A stretch of DNA of 63,967 nt, filler included, from Octopus bimaculoides (lineage: Eukaryota): assembly GCF_001194135.2 (NCBI RefSeq). It is 9 parts of 7 records of this genome, joined end to end, with 100 filler letters (N's around TTAATTAATTAA, not from the genome) between each part and the next. Parts side by side here need not be neighbours in the genome. Positions count along the whole stretch, not along the records: positions 50,640 to 53,786 come from NC_068991.1; positions 53,887 to 55,129 come from NC_068991.1; positions 55,230 to 62,856 come from NC_068986.1; positions 62,957 to 63,967 come from NC_069007.1; 5 more parts are not named here. One strand, given 5' to 3'. Below, piece by piece: positions 50,640 to 63,937 of the stretch. The stretch's first letter is position 1; each line of letters begins with the position of its first letter. The notes beneath the pieces were generated by a model. The model did not search any database. It saw nothing but the letters and a program-made list of their open reading frames with translations, and was not told the DNA's origin. A program made the position numbers and the translations under genes.

Positions 50640-52190
50640 ACGTGCGTCCGTTCGGCCTCCTTCTGCACCGTTCTAGCTGAATTCGAACGAACGTGCGTCC
50701 GTTCGGCCTCCCTCTGCACCGTTGGGGCGGAATTCGAACGTACGTGCGTCTGTTCGACTTCCTCTGCACCGTTCGAGCGGAATTCGAACGTACGTGCGTC
50801 TGTTCGGCCTCCTTCTGCCACGTTCGAGCGGAATTCGAACGTACGTGCGTCCGTTCGGCCTCCCTTTTGCACCGTTCNNNNNNNNNNNNNNNNNNNNNNN
50901 NNNNNNNNNNNNNNNNNNNNNNTCCGTTCGACCTCCATCTGCACCGTTCGAGCGGAATTGGAATGTACGTGCGTCTGTTCGGCCTCCTTCTGCCACGTTC
51001 GAGCAGAATTCGAACGTCTGTGCGTCCGTTCGGCTTCCCTCTGCACCCTTCAGCGGAATTCGAACGTACGTGTGTCTGTTCGGCCTACCTCTGCACTGTT
51101 NNNNNNNNNNNNNNNNNNNNNNNNNNNNNNNNNNNNNNNNNNNNNNNNNNNNNNNNNNNNNNNNNNNNNNNNNNNNNNNNNNNNNNNNNNNNNNNNNNNN
51201 NNNNNNNNNNNNNNNNNNNNNNNNNNNNNNNNNNNNNNNNNNNNNNNNNNNNNNNNNNNNNNNNNNNNNNNNNNNNNNNNNNNNNNNNNNNNNNNNNNNN
51301 NNNNNNNNNNNNNNNNNNNNNNNNNNNNNNNNNNNNNNNNNNNNNNNNNNNNNNNNNNNNNNNNNNNNNNNNNNNNNNNNNNNNNNNNNNNNNNNNNNNN
51401 NNNNNNNNNNNNNNNNNNNNNNNNNNNNNNNNNNNNNNNNNNNNNNNNNNNNNNNNNNNNNNNNNNNNNNNNNNNNNNNNNNNNNNNNNNNNNNNNNNNN
51501 NNNNNNNNNNNNNNNNNNNNNNNNNNNNNNNNNNNNNNNNNNNNNNNNNNNNNNNNNNNNNNNNNNNNNNNNNNNNNNNNNNNNNNNNNNNNNNNNNNNN
51601 NNNNNNNNNNNNNNNNNNNNNNNNNNNNNNNNNNNNNNNNNNNNNNNNNNNNNNNNNNNNNNNNNNNNNNNNNNNNNNNNNNNNNNNNNNNNNNNNNNNN
51701 NNNNNNNNNNNNNNNNNNNNNNNNNNNNNNNNNNCCGTTCAAGCGGAATTCGAACGTACGTACATCCGTTCGGCCTCCCTCTGCACCGTTCGAGCGGAAT
51801 TCGAACGTACGTGCGTCCGTTCGGCCTCTCTCTGCACCGTTCGAGCGGAATTCGAACGTACGTGCGTCCTTTCGCCCTCCTTCTGCACCGTTCGTGCGGA
51901 ATTCGAACGTACGTGCGTCCGTTCGTCCTTCCTCTGTACCGTTCGAGTGGAATTCGAACGTACGTGCGTCTGATCGGCCTCCCTCTTCACCGTTCGAGCG
52001 GTATTCGAACGTACGTGCGTCCGTTCGGCCTCTCTCTGCACCGTTCGAGCGGTATTCGAACGTACATGCGTCCTTTCGGCCTCCTTCTGCACCGTTCGAG
52101 CGGAATTCGAACGTACGTGCGTCGGTTCGGCCTCCTTCTGCACCGTTCGAGTGGAATTCGAACGTACGTGCGTCTGTTCGGCCTCCCTCT
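50640..52190. repeat. 51-bp CpG-rich palindromic satellite (gapped)
   Basis: Unit ccgttcgagcggaattcgaacgtacgtgcgtccgttcggcctccctctgca. Confidence 0.95.
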
Positions 52191-52943
52191 TCCCTTGAGA
52201 TTATGACGGTCCTATATTCCTTGCATGCGACCCGTATTGGGACTGGATATCTTTCTCTGCCCTGTCCCTGTATCATGTCAGCAGTGTGGAGAGCGTTTGT
52301 GGGGTGCTGTGCAAGCCTCATCGGAACTAAAATTTTAGGTCGTGCAACTATCGACTAGGCGACTATCAGATGCCAGATCGAGCAGGTTGGCGCCGCAGTG
52401 AGCATGGATACTGCGCATGCGAACCCGGGGCAAACCGATTGCTGGTGCAATAACCTCATGCACGGGCATTGCTGGTCTTCCTCAATTACGAGTGGACAGC
52501 CATCATCGTGATGTATGTATGTATGTATGTATGTATGTATGTATGTATGTATGTATGTGTCTCTTTTTGTCTGTTCCGCACCATCGTTTGACAGCCGGTG
52601 TTAGTTTGTTTACTTCCATGTATCTGCAAAATGACACCGATGGAATAAGTACCACAAATTAAAAAAAAGATGCCAGGTTAAATAGTTTAAATCAGTGGTT
52701 TTCAACAAATTTTCTTTTCATCTATTTTTTTCTCTTGATTCGTATTTTATTCTGTTCAAGGTTATTTCCGTTTTACATTTCTCCAAATAGCCATTTCCTG
52801 TTCAAAAACTTGTTTCATAGATTCTTCTTTCATATTCCTATACTGCTTTTCACACGTTCACTTATGTTTAGGTTTTAATGGCTGGAAACATGTTGAACTC
52901 CGTAAAACAAGAGAGAAAGACAATTTCACTGTTTATACATATA

Positions 52944-53350
52944 CAGGAGTGGCTGTGTGGGTAACTAGCTTGCTTACCAACCACATAGTTCCGGTTTCAG
53001 TCCCACTGCGTGGCATCTTGGGCAAGTGTCTTCTACTATAGCCTCCGGCTGACCAAAGCCTTGTGAGTGGATTTGGTAGACGGAAACTGAAAGAGGCCCG
53101 TCGTATATATATGTATGTGTATATATATACATGTGTCTGTGTTTGAGTATCTGTGTTTGTCCCCCCAACATCGCTTGAGAACCGATGCTGGTGTGTTTAG
53201 TCCCCATAACTTAGCGGTTCGGCAAAAGAGGTCGATAGAATAAGTACTAGGCTTACAAAGAATAAGTCCCGGGGGCGATTTGCTCGACTGAAGGCGGTGC
53301 TCCAGCATGGCCGCAGTCAAATGACTAAAACAAGTAAAAGAGTAAAAGAG
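52944..53350 (+). mobile_element. SINE family A, full length, young
   Basis: All modules near consensus. Confidence 0.93.
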
Positions 53351-53886
53351 TATACAAATAAGTTTATACTTATATAAATAAGTACATCGAAAGCAAAAAA
53401 TTTTCGGGATACCATAAAATATTATCGTCACGCTCCAGTTTACTATTCTGCTTGCCCAAACAACTCCCCCCACCCCACCACCAAAATCTTTTATGGACCT
53501 CCAGGATCCAAACTTCTTAAACCATTCAGTATGAGCGTAGTCCAAGAAGTTAAAGATTTTATAAAGGGAATTATCTCCCTTGCAATATACATGCCATTGG
53601 AGTTAACGTTTGATTTGGAGAAACAGTCACGTAAGGTTTGTAGTTACCTCCCTTTGACTTCTAAATTTAAAGTGCAACAGATCAACCTTTGCTTTCTTGA
53701 GTAGTAAAGCGTCTTTGGCGCCTTTTATAGCGAAGGCGTCCTGAAACTGAGATGAATTTATCCTAAAAGGGGAGAATTTTGCCCACNNNNNNNNNNNNNN
53801 NNNNNNNNNNNNNNNNNNNNNNNNNNNNNNTTAATTAATTAANNNNNNNNNNNNNNNNNNNNNNNNNNNNNNNNNNNNNNNNNNNN

Positions 53887-53917
<31 letters not shown>

Positions 53918-55303
53918 CATATATATAACTAAATATGTATGTATGTATGTATGTACACACACGCACACATACACACATAGGTACGTGTATATGTATGCAC
54001 ATATAAAATATCTCTGTGGACAGTTGAAGACCAGTTCCCGTTTGCAAATAGCTTTACGCCAGCAATGCTTTGTACAATTTTCTTGTAAAAATATTAATTC
54101 TCCTTGACTACAACGAATCTTTATGTTTCTCTACTGAAGATACTCAGACCAATTTGCGATATACTTTCACAAAGTATCTAAAAATATATAGATATGAAAT
54201 GTACTGTATATGGTTTAATATATACATTTATTAAAACCAATGATCTGCAGGAGAAACTTCAGCTGTCAGTGTTGAATCATGTAAATGGCTTTACGCCATA
54301 TAAACATTTTTTTTTATTCATTTGAAAACTTGAGTGCTGTACTACGAATCGATAGTATAACAAGAAAATTATCATAAGAATTACATCATATCTCGGGAAA
54401 TATTTGGAATTCAGAAAATATATAAACAAAAACTTTAATTGCAAAAAATCCAGAGTTTACAGTAAAAACTAACTTCATATATGAATTCAGCATACTCAAA
54501 TTAGGTAATAGCAACTGTTGGTATCAATGCAACAAAAAGTTTGTTGGCCAGTGTTATAGACTGAAGAAATGTGGTTGGTTAGAATGAAATAATGCTAGTG
54601 TACATACATAAATATTTATTTGTTGGAATAGTTTGTAAATCGGAAATTAATTTAAGCTACAAATATGAGCTTACAAGAAGAAATTCTTTCCGAGTGCTAG
54701 TAGAACAAAGTCTTTACAAAGCATGTTTTTATTTCTCAGTTGTGCAAGAATTGCATGGGCTTTTAATTCTAGTTTAGGATTTGACTCCGGACAAAGCATT
54801 TCATTTCATCTTAGAAAATATATTTTCAATTTTCATTTTCTAGATGAAATGAGAATGCTATTATTCGTTATTTTAGTTAGAGTCTCTAAATAATTGTCGC
54901 ATTTAACATATCAAATAAGTTATTGAAAGCTTATGGGATCATTCATTTTCCATGTGTGAACAGTAATTATCTTAAATCTGTTACCCCTGCTTAAATAAGC
55001 TTTGCGGCTTATGCTCGTATATTCCCATGCATATATTTATAAACAGTAAGATCTTTTTCTTAATGAGTGATGAAGTTTTGTTAAACGTAAAAAGAATATT
55101 GCAAATCTGAAGCATTCATAGTTATATATNNNNNNNNNNNNNNNNNNNNNNNNNNNNNNNNNNNNNNNNNNNNTTAATTAATTAANNNNNNNNNNNNNNN
55201 NNNNNNNNNNNNNNNNNNNNNNNNNNNNNTACAAACATCCAGATTTCTGAGTACCTTAATTAATTTTTTTCTATATAATTTCTGTACATCACCTCCAAAC
55301 CTT

Positions 55304-55340
<37 letters not shown>

Positions 55341-55449
55341 AGACACACACTCAAACAGAATGTTATGAGAGGTGTAGCAAATATCTATTACATAGATAAT
55401 TAAAATATAGTAAAAAAAAAAAAGTCATAATGGTTGGGTTACTATTGTT

Positions 55450-57520
55450 GTGCTAGTTTAGCCCCAGGTTGGAGAGTCCATATCTAGCAGAGCTATGATC
55501 AAAGATGTACCATGAACAGCAGATTTTTTTTACACGGAGATTGTTTCTAAGTCTACATTATATGATGTATCTTCCATGTTGCTGTTGTTTAGCTCCAGCC
55601 CAGTCCTTACAAAACAGACTTGTATAATCAGTGTTCTAAGCATGACCATCCAATCTATCTATCTCCACTGAAGACAGTGGAGCGTGATTAGAAGTAGATT
55701 TGGTTGGTATTTCTAGCATATCAAACAGCCACATAATGGCTCCTTCATTGATTCATAACAATGGCTTCTTATCTGAGCAATAATCCTGCAGTATTATGAA
55801 ACAATCGTATCTCTTTCCAATGTATATACCAAAGCAATAACAGCAGTCAATTTTAACACCCTTGCTATTTACAGCCAAGAAACTGTAACACTGTGATGTG
55901 TATGCCTTTCCCAGGAATATTAAATGAAAACCAACAAGTCACACACATTTTCTTGTTAACTAACAGTTAACATAAGCCAACAAGGGAGCCTCTATGTGAC
56001 CTGTTAGAAATAGCAACCAAATTCCCTCACTCACACTAACCATCTTAAAGAAAGGACACATTGGACTTGAGCAATAAGCCTAGGTACACAACTGACAGGA
56101 TGGTCATGGTTGGAAAACACTTTTGATAATATCTGCTCAATCAACACTGCTCTGGCTGTAAATCAATAAATAGGGGTTAATTTTATGGCATTTATGAACA
56201 ACGACTGATAACTCTTTGGAATTTGATCAAATCCAGTATTTGAAAGGGAATAAGGTATTAATATTCGACTGAATGATTGCTCCCCCACCCCCAGTATATT
56301 ACTGTTATTTTTTTTCTTTTTATTTTTTTTTTTTCATGGGAAGAAATGAAATGTAAAACTCCAGCCTCATAGGGATTTGAACTGAGAATCTGGAAGGATA
56401 GAACTGTTGATTTGAAAGGGTTTTGAAGTGAATTGGGGTCAATGAGGAAAGGGCTGCAAACAGTGTGAGGAAAATCAACGAGATAGACATAGACGACAAC
56501 ACTGACAACAACAACGACAGCTGGTCAATTTGGTGCCACCCGTCAGGTGATACCAGAAATAACAGACAAGACAAAGCTTTAGCAATATCGACAAGCCGGC
56601 CGCTCGACCTGCTAGAAAAAGCAGCTAAATCTCCCTCAAACTTCACCCTACCACCTTAAATAAGGAAGGACACTTTAGATAATGTAGTCCTGCATACCTC
56701 TGAAAATATAGGATGGTCATAGTTAAGATACCATTTGATCATAAATCAGCTTGATTGGGAACTGAACAGAAATACTTTCGGTCAGATGAAACATTTACTT
56801 ACTATGAGAGACTTGTACAGCCTAATGTTTGCAAGTAGTAGACACCCATTGTGTGTGTGTGTGTGTGTGTGTTTGTTTGTGTGAGTGTGTGTGATGTTAA
56901 AAAGAAATTCTTTAAATATCTATCATACAGGGTTCTGTATTCAGTTTCTAAGTTATGATTCATTGTTCATGCCTTAAAACATTTTTGATGCAGCCTCTCA
57001 CAACCCATGCCAGCATGGAAAATGGACCTTAATTGAGGATGATATGTATGTGAAAAGAGAGAGAGAGAGAGAGACGTGTGTGTGAGTGTGTATGTGTGCT
57101 TCCTGTACCATAAAGACAAGCAGGTTTTCTTGCTGTCGGTAGTAGAGACACTGTTGGCTTATATGCTTTGTTGCTGTGCAATGGCCACAGAATCACCATG
57201 GAACAGAATTTAAGCTCCAGAAAGGTCAACAGTATTGGATGTGATGGAGAGAATTTATCATCATATGATTTAATCTCATTCTAATTCAGTTGCCATTCAG
57301 ACATGCACTGAAGATGGCACTCCATCAGTCCACCTGACACGCCTGAGATACATTGTCAGGGGGTCAAATGATAAGCAACAACAATAACAACAATGATGAT
57401 GATGAAGCCCTTAAGTTATTGCTAGACTTGCTAGAAATAGCAGCCAAATTTCTTTCAGACTGCATTCAACATTTTTTAAATAAAGGACACTTTGGATAAG
57501 GAAGTTCTAGAGACACTACA
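55450..57520. mobile_element. Cluster of repeat family E copies (ctagaaatagcagccaaat motif)
   Basis: Copies at about 55450-55760 (-), 55985-56165, 56595-56765, 57415-57520; related pieces near 39590 and 63665. Confidence 0.65.
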
Positions 57521-57624
57521 GTGGCTGAAAAGAGTCATGAGGCAGAGGCTCTAAACACAACAAGGTATTTAGTCTGTCGCATTACTGCTTCTCAAATCTG
57601 ACCAATTATATTAATTAATTACAT

Positions 57625-58197
57625 TTTCCATGCTGGCATGGGTTGGACGGTTTGACTGGGGTCTGCACCAGGCCCCAATCTGATTAGGCAAGGTTTCTAC
57701 AGCTGGATGCCCTTCCTAACGCCAACCATTCCGAGAGTGTAGTGGGTGCTTTTTACATGCCACCAGCACAGGAGCCAGAGGAGGTGGCATCGACTACGAT
57801 CGAATGGTGCTTTTTATGTGCCACCGGCACGGAAGCCAGTCAAAGCGGCACTGACATTGGCCACGTTCGGATGGTGCTTTTTACGTGCTACTGGCACGGG
57901 GCTCACAACTACAATTTCCATTTGATTTGCTTTTGATATTGCTGATGTTGATGTACTTGACTCAATAGGTCTCCTCAAGCACGGCATGTCACCCTACGAT
58001 CCAAGGTTCTTTTGAGTGGGCTGGTTATGCAACACTGGTGTAGGTTACAGCTGTGGACTCACTTTATTTGCCAGGTCTTCTCAATCACAGCATACCTCCA
58101 GAGGTCTTGGTCTTTTGTCATTGCTTCTGTGAGGCCCAACGTAGAGGGAGACCCAGGAAGACATGGGATGAGGTGGTGAAGCATGACCTTTGAACGT
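57625..58197 (-). mobile_element. RTE LINE 3' end with inverted 5' segment
   Basis: Minus 58142-58059 TLGLTEAMTKDQDLWRYAVIEKTWQIK*; plus 58143-58197 RGRPRKTWDEVVKHDL*T. Confidence 0.85.
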
Positions 58198-58275
58198 TTC
58201 ATCATCATCATCATCATCGTTTAACGTCCGCTTTCCATGCTAGCATGGGTTGGACGATTTGACTGAGGACTGGTG
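58198..58275 (-). mobile_element. Young RTE 3' tail entering a gap
   Basis: Exact reverse complement of the 25216-25293 segment. Confidence 0.85.
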
Positions 58276-59492
58276 NNNNNNNNNNNNNNNNNNNNNNNNN
58301 NNNNNNNNNNNNNNNNNNNNNNNNNNNNNNNNNNNNNNNNNNNNNNNNNNNNNNNNNNNNNNNNNNNNNNNNNNNNNNNNNNNNNNNNNNNNNNNNNNNN
58401 NNNNNNNNNNNNNNNNNNNNNNNNNNNNNNNNNNNNNNNNNNNNNNNNNNNNNNNNNNNNNNNNNNNNNNNNNNNNNNNNNNNNNNNNNNNNNNNNNNNN
58501 NNNNNNNNNNNNNNNNNNNNNNNNNNNNNNNNNNNNNNNNNNNNNNNNNNNNNNNNNNNNNNNNNNNNNNNNNNNNNNNNNNNNNNNNNNNNNNNNNNNN
58601 NNNNNNNNNNNNNNNNNNNNNNNNNNNNNNNNNNNNNNNNNNNNNNNNNNNNNNNNNNNNNNNNNNNNNNNNNNNNNNNNNNNNNNNNNNNNNNNNNNNN
58701 NNNNNNNNNNNNNNNNNNNNNNNNNNNNNNNNNNNNNNNNNNNNNNNNNNNNNNNNNNNNNNNNNNNNNNNNNNNNNNNNNNNNNNNNNNNNNNNNNNNN
58801 NNNNNNNNNNNNNNNNNNNNNNNNNNNNNNNNNNNNNNNNNNNNNNNNNNNNNNNNNNNNNNNNNNNNNNNNNNNNNNNNNNNNNNNNNNNNNNNNNNNN
58901 NNNNNNNNNNNNNNNNNNNNNNNNNNNNNNNNNNNNNNNNNNNNNNNNNNNNNNNNNNNNNNNNNNNNNNNNNNNNNNNNNNNNNNNNNNNNNNNNNNNN
59001 NNNNNNNNNNNNNNNNNNNNNNNNNNNNNNNNNNNNNNNNNNNNNNNNNNNNNNNNNNNNNNNNNNNNNNNNNNNNNNNNNNNNNNNNNNNNNNNNNNNN
59101 NNNNNNNNNNNNNNNNNNNNNNNNNNNNNNNNNNNNNNNNNNNNNNNNNNNNNNNNNNNNNNNNNNNNNNNNNNNNNNNNNNNNNNNNNNNNNNNNNNNN
59201 NNNNNNNNNNNNNNNNNNNNNNNNNNNNNNNNNNNNNNNNNNNNNNNNNNNNNNNNNNNNNNNNNNNNNNNTATCAGAGTTAAGTCGGTTCCCATGTAGT
59301 AGTAGTAGTAGTAGTAGTAGCATTCACGAATTACTCTACACTTCCTACCTCACACCCACATAACACCACACTACAATCTTCGAGTAAAGATAACATCATT
59401 TCTAGTAACAAGTTATGTGTGTGTGTGTGTGTGTGTGTGTGCTGTTGTTGCATTTGTGTAAGCGAGTATGTGTGAACATATGTTTGTCTCAC

Positions 59493-60138
59493 CTGTGGCA
59501 TGGAGGGATACTTTAGCTGGCTGTTTCAATGCAACGGGAGATGACACAATCACTGCAGGAACAGACGGTGGTGGTGGTGGTGGTGGTGGTGGTGATGGTG
59601 GTGGTGATGATGGTGGTGGTGGTGTTGATGGAGGGACAGGAGATGATGGTGGAGGGCTGAAGTCTTCGGCTGGCTCCTCTGCTGTTTCTATGGTGACAGT
59701 CACATCTACAGGTTCAACGGTGGGAGGAGTGTTTGGGGTNNNNNNNNNNNNNGTGGCAGTGGGGCAGGTAGTAATGGTGGTGCTAGTGGTGGTGGAGGGG
59801 CTGGTAGCAGTGCTGGTGGTGGTGGAGGAGGTGGGAATGGTAGCTGTGGTGGTGGTGGTGCTGGTGGATTCATCGACTGTCCCTGGAGGTTCAACAGTGG
59901 TGGACGGACATGATGACAGGGAGACAGTGGAGTAAGAGGAGACAAAGGAAGCTAGAGATGAGGATGAGGCAGACAAGGTGCGGGCAGAGGAGCGTTCAGA
60001 TATGGAGGAGTGGGAAGAGGAGGAGAAAGAGTAGCGGAATGTAGGGGAACGAGAAGAAGAGGGTGGAGCGGAACCTGACGTACTTAGCACTGCTGGCAGA
60101 GCAACGTTGGGTGTGGCTGTGTCATCTGCATCATCAGT

Positions 60139-60171
<33 letters not shown>

Positions 60172-60452
60172 GGCAGCAGTAGTAGTAGTAGTACTGGTAG
60201 TGGTGGTAGTAGTAGTAGTAGTAGTAATGGCAGCAGTAGTAGCAGTGGTGGTATCAGTAGGAGATGGAGGTTTAGAAGTAGTCGGCGAGGTGTTGTGGAC
60301 TTCAACTGTTTCCAGTACAGCTCCACCCCCACTGTCACCACCACCAACACCTCCGCTGCTGTCCATCATCATCATCATCATCACCGACGAAGAAGACGAA
60401 GACATCGGCAACAGTGACGAGGTGCCGTCACCTCCAGCCTCCACCCGCAGTA
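59493..60452 (-). CDS. Probable internal coding exon, mucin-like Ser/Thr/Pro-rich with a poly-Asp run
   Basis: Pyrimidine tract plus CAG acceptor (60455-60453), G|GTGAGA donor (59492-59487), 960 nt, phase 1/1, no stops. A 13-N gap lies inside. Confidence 0.6.
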
Positions 60453-60935
60453 CTGTTGGAAGTCAGGAGAAGAAGACATTCAATAAAGTAGTGTGGAGAG
60501 ACAGAGAGAGAGAGAGAGAGCGAGAGAGCAACTATCCCATCCACGCATATACAGATACACAGGTGTACCAGTCATTACTCCTCATCAAGGTAAATACAAT
60601 ATTTAAAAAGTTTTAATGAAGAAAACATCTTTTTTTTTTATACACATATATGGCAGTTGAAAATTTTTGGTGGGGAAGGGGTGTAATGAGATTGCAAGAC
60701 ATTCATGCCTTACCGAAAAGCATTAATAAAGGGAAGTGGAACAACTACAATCAGGAATGAAATGTGAGCCACAGGGTCACCCATCTTGAAGAGCTTCCAT
60801 CTCTGAAGAGACCACTCACAGACTAACCCCGTGTGTTCAGAGCACCAGATCACTTGTCTATATATTTATATATGTAATAAGAGAGTGTTTTGATTCCAAC
60901 CTGTCTGATACCCGCCTCAGTTCTATTTCAATTAA

Positions 60936-61189
60936 CCCTTTCATTACCATATTTCTGTTGAGATGCTCTGTGTTTCTTTCAATTAATTTTAAATATAACG
61001 AAAAATTTAGTAAAATAACTTAGTTATTATTAAGCTGGTGTTAGGAACATTAATTGTGACTAAGGTTTGGTGGAAGATTTTAATTCAAACCTTATGGCAA
61101 CAAGACATTTGTACTACAGAGCCAGAGGTGGTTTCAGCCAGATGTGGTTTCAGCCAGAGGTGGTTTCAGCCAGGTTGGTATCGAAAGGG
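60936..61189. mobile_element. piggyBac-like MITE
   Basis: TTAA|ccctttcattacca ... tggtatcgaaaggg|TTAA. Confidence 0.8.
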
Positions 61190-62629
61190 TTAAAACATTC
61201 CAACATAATCTGATGTAAGAATCTTTTTGTTAAGTTTTGTTCCAAACAACCAGCTTAATTTTACTAAATTCCCGATAATTTTTTTTAATTAACCGAGACA
61301 TGTGGATTGTCTATTTTATTAGAAATACTGTCAAGGAATGGTTAACCTTAACTAGCCATGAAACACTTAGATATAGCTAACGTAATATATTAAACCTATG
61401 TGGTACCATCAAATGAAAGATATATAGCCACATCAAGACCGTCTGACAAATGATGTTTAACCAGACCAAACTAAATGACAATGTGTTCAGCCATATTAAT
61501 TTTAGTGTATTTAAGTACACCAACCCATCTGTCAGTTGGTGCTTGACTCCACCAAAATTAGCTTACCACACAAGAAATAATAAAAATGGTTTGTGTTTAA
61601 TTCTCCACTAAACAATTAAATTTCATGTTTGGTCATCAAAAATTTTTAAATGGTAGCTGTTGGATTTATAGCAAGCCATCAACTGGAATGTATTTAAGTG
61701 GAGCAAACCTTCAGCTACTACCAAACCAAATTGTGATACCCTAGCCTTACAAACCTACCAAAATGTCTGCTTTAAAGAGAAATACAATGATAAAGGACAT
61801 TACAGGATGCATCAACAAGAAAATATATTTTGTCATGGGCTCATGAAAACAAAAATGTTGACATTTATGAATAGGCAGAGTGATGGATTGGAGAGCAAAA
61901 ACTTAATCATTTTAGAGAATATTGTTCAATAAAAAACTTTCTGAATGGAGGAGATTCCTTCATTGGAAACTGTTTTGACATTTAGTGCCATCTTACGGAA
62001 ACTTTCTAGGAAAGTGGTGCATTTTACATAAAAATATAATTAGGTAGGGAAGGTTTCATCCTTGTAGGGATAAGAATCTTCTTCAATGGAAATTTTGAGA
62101 ATCAAGATTATATTATGGAAAACCTTTGGGGAATTAAGGTTATCTTTAAGAAAATGGGACCATCTGTCGGAAGACCTGTAACTGGTAGGAGGGGAAGGAA
62201 GGAGTAAGGTTAAGGGTTTTAACCAATATCTTTTATATCCAATACCTGTTGCTTGCTGAAACAGTAAAAACAACATAAAGATGAAATAAGAAGAAACAGT
62301 GTGCAAGGCAAAAACAAACATGGCAAATATTGGTGTGTCCCCTTACAAAAGGTAACATGTCCTCAACATTGACAATAAGCTGTCTAACAAAAGGTAATAT
62401 GTCCTCCACAGGACATTGACAATGTGCTGGCTTTAGAGAAACAAATAAAATAAAATTTAAAGAAAATATCCCAAGATGAAACAAAAACTACCATTTAGAC
62501 ACATACAACACACACATACAAATTCACACACGTTCATAGATATACACTCACAGACATAAATCGACTCACATACAGACTCACACATACACACATGTGCAGC
62601 ACACTCTCTCACACGAATACACACACATA

Positions 62630-62856
62630 AACAATGACTGGTGTAGCAGCATCATAGTCAACTGCTACAAAGGTAAAGGGGACGCTTTAGATACAAATAA
62701 TTACAGAGGCATCAAGCTCTTAGATCAGGTTATGAAAGTTACAGAGAGGGTCATAGCCCAACTAATAAGGGAGCGAATCAATTTAGATGAGATGCAGTTT
62801 GGGTTCGTGCCAGGTAAAAGCACTACTGATGCCTTATTTCTAGTGAGACAGTTGCA
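62630..62856 (+). mobile_element. Young RTE LINE RT fragment
   Basis: YKGKGDALDTNNYRGIKLL...MQFGFVPGKSTTDALFLVRQL, running into a gap. Confidence 0.93.
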
Positions 62857-63839
62857 NNNNNNNNNNNNNNNNNNNNNNNNNNNNNNNNNNNNNNNNNNNN
62901 TTAATTAATTAANNNNNNNNNNNNNNNNNNNNNNNNNNNNNNNNNNNNNNNNNNNNTCTTCTTCTCCCCTTCCTCTTTCGCTTTATTTCTCATCCTTTTC
63001 TAATCTGTTTTTCTCTCTCTGCTATTCGCCGGGTGATACTCTTTCTCTCTCTCTCTCTCACTGCTACTCCCGGGGACTTTTTAACGAGACTCATTCACTT
63101 TCTCCCTGTCTCTTTTTGCCTCTCTTTCTTCTCTCTCGCTTTCTCTCTCAAATCTTTTTCCCCTCTTCCTACCCTCCCTTTCTGTCTATCTGTCTATCTA
63201 TCTCTATCGATGTATCTATTTATCTATCGCAATCCCTATCCATCTCTCTTTCTATCTATCAAATTACCTCAATTACTTTATCACCTCCCCTTCAACCTTT
63301 TACCTCTCTCTATTTTCTCTTCCTTTACCCTATTTCACACCCCCTTCTTTCTCCTTTCCTCTTCCCCGTCATCTCCCACGACTCCCATCCTATGTCTCTC
63401 ACCAAACCTCTGTTTCCTCCTACCCCACTCTTATAGTTTCTCTCTTTCTCTCTCTCTCTGTCTCTTTCCTCTCTCCCTCTCGCTGCTGCGTCTTACTTTT
63501 TTTTCCTCTCTTCCTTTTTATTCCTGCTTAATCTTGCTACTTGCTGAAAAACCGACTTAAAACCCTGCCCCACTGAGCTTCCTTACAATTCGTACTTCTG
63601 CTACTGCATGAACGTCACAACACAGCGTTTTTACCTGGCCACTTATGTGGCTGTCCAACATACTAGAAATAGCAACCAAACACTCTACTATCAACACTCT
63701 ACTATCAACACTCCATCAACACTCTACTATCTTAGCAAAAAAAAAAACACAGTCCTAGGTGAATATTCGGTACTACTAAAGCAGCGCGGCCCCGAACGCG
63801 CAGTCGCGCGTCCGCACTAGCTAGTCTTGAGTGGTCGAT

Positions 63840-63937
63840 CCTAACCCTAACCCTAACCCTGTCCCTAACCCTAACCCTATCCCTAACCCTATCCCTATCC
63901 CTATCCCTAACCCTAACCCTAACCCTATCCCTAACCC
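63840..63937. repeat. Interstitial telomere-like (CCCTAA/CCCTAT)n array
   Basis: About 16 hexamers; TTAGGGTT reappears at 63960-63967. Confidence 0.9.

Noticed and set aside
50640-52190. CRISPR-like or heat-shock-element array
   Set aside because: No unique spacers or cas genes, eukaryotic context, and GAA/TTC spacing does not fit nGAAn repeats.
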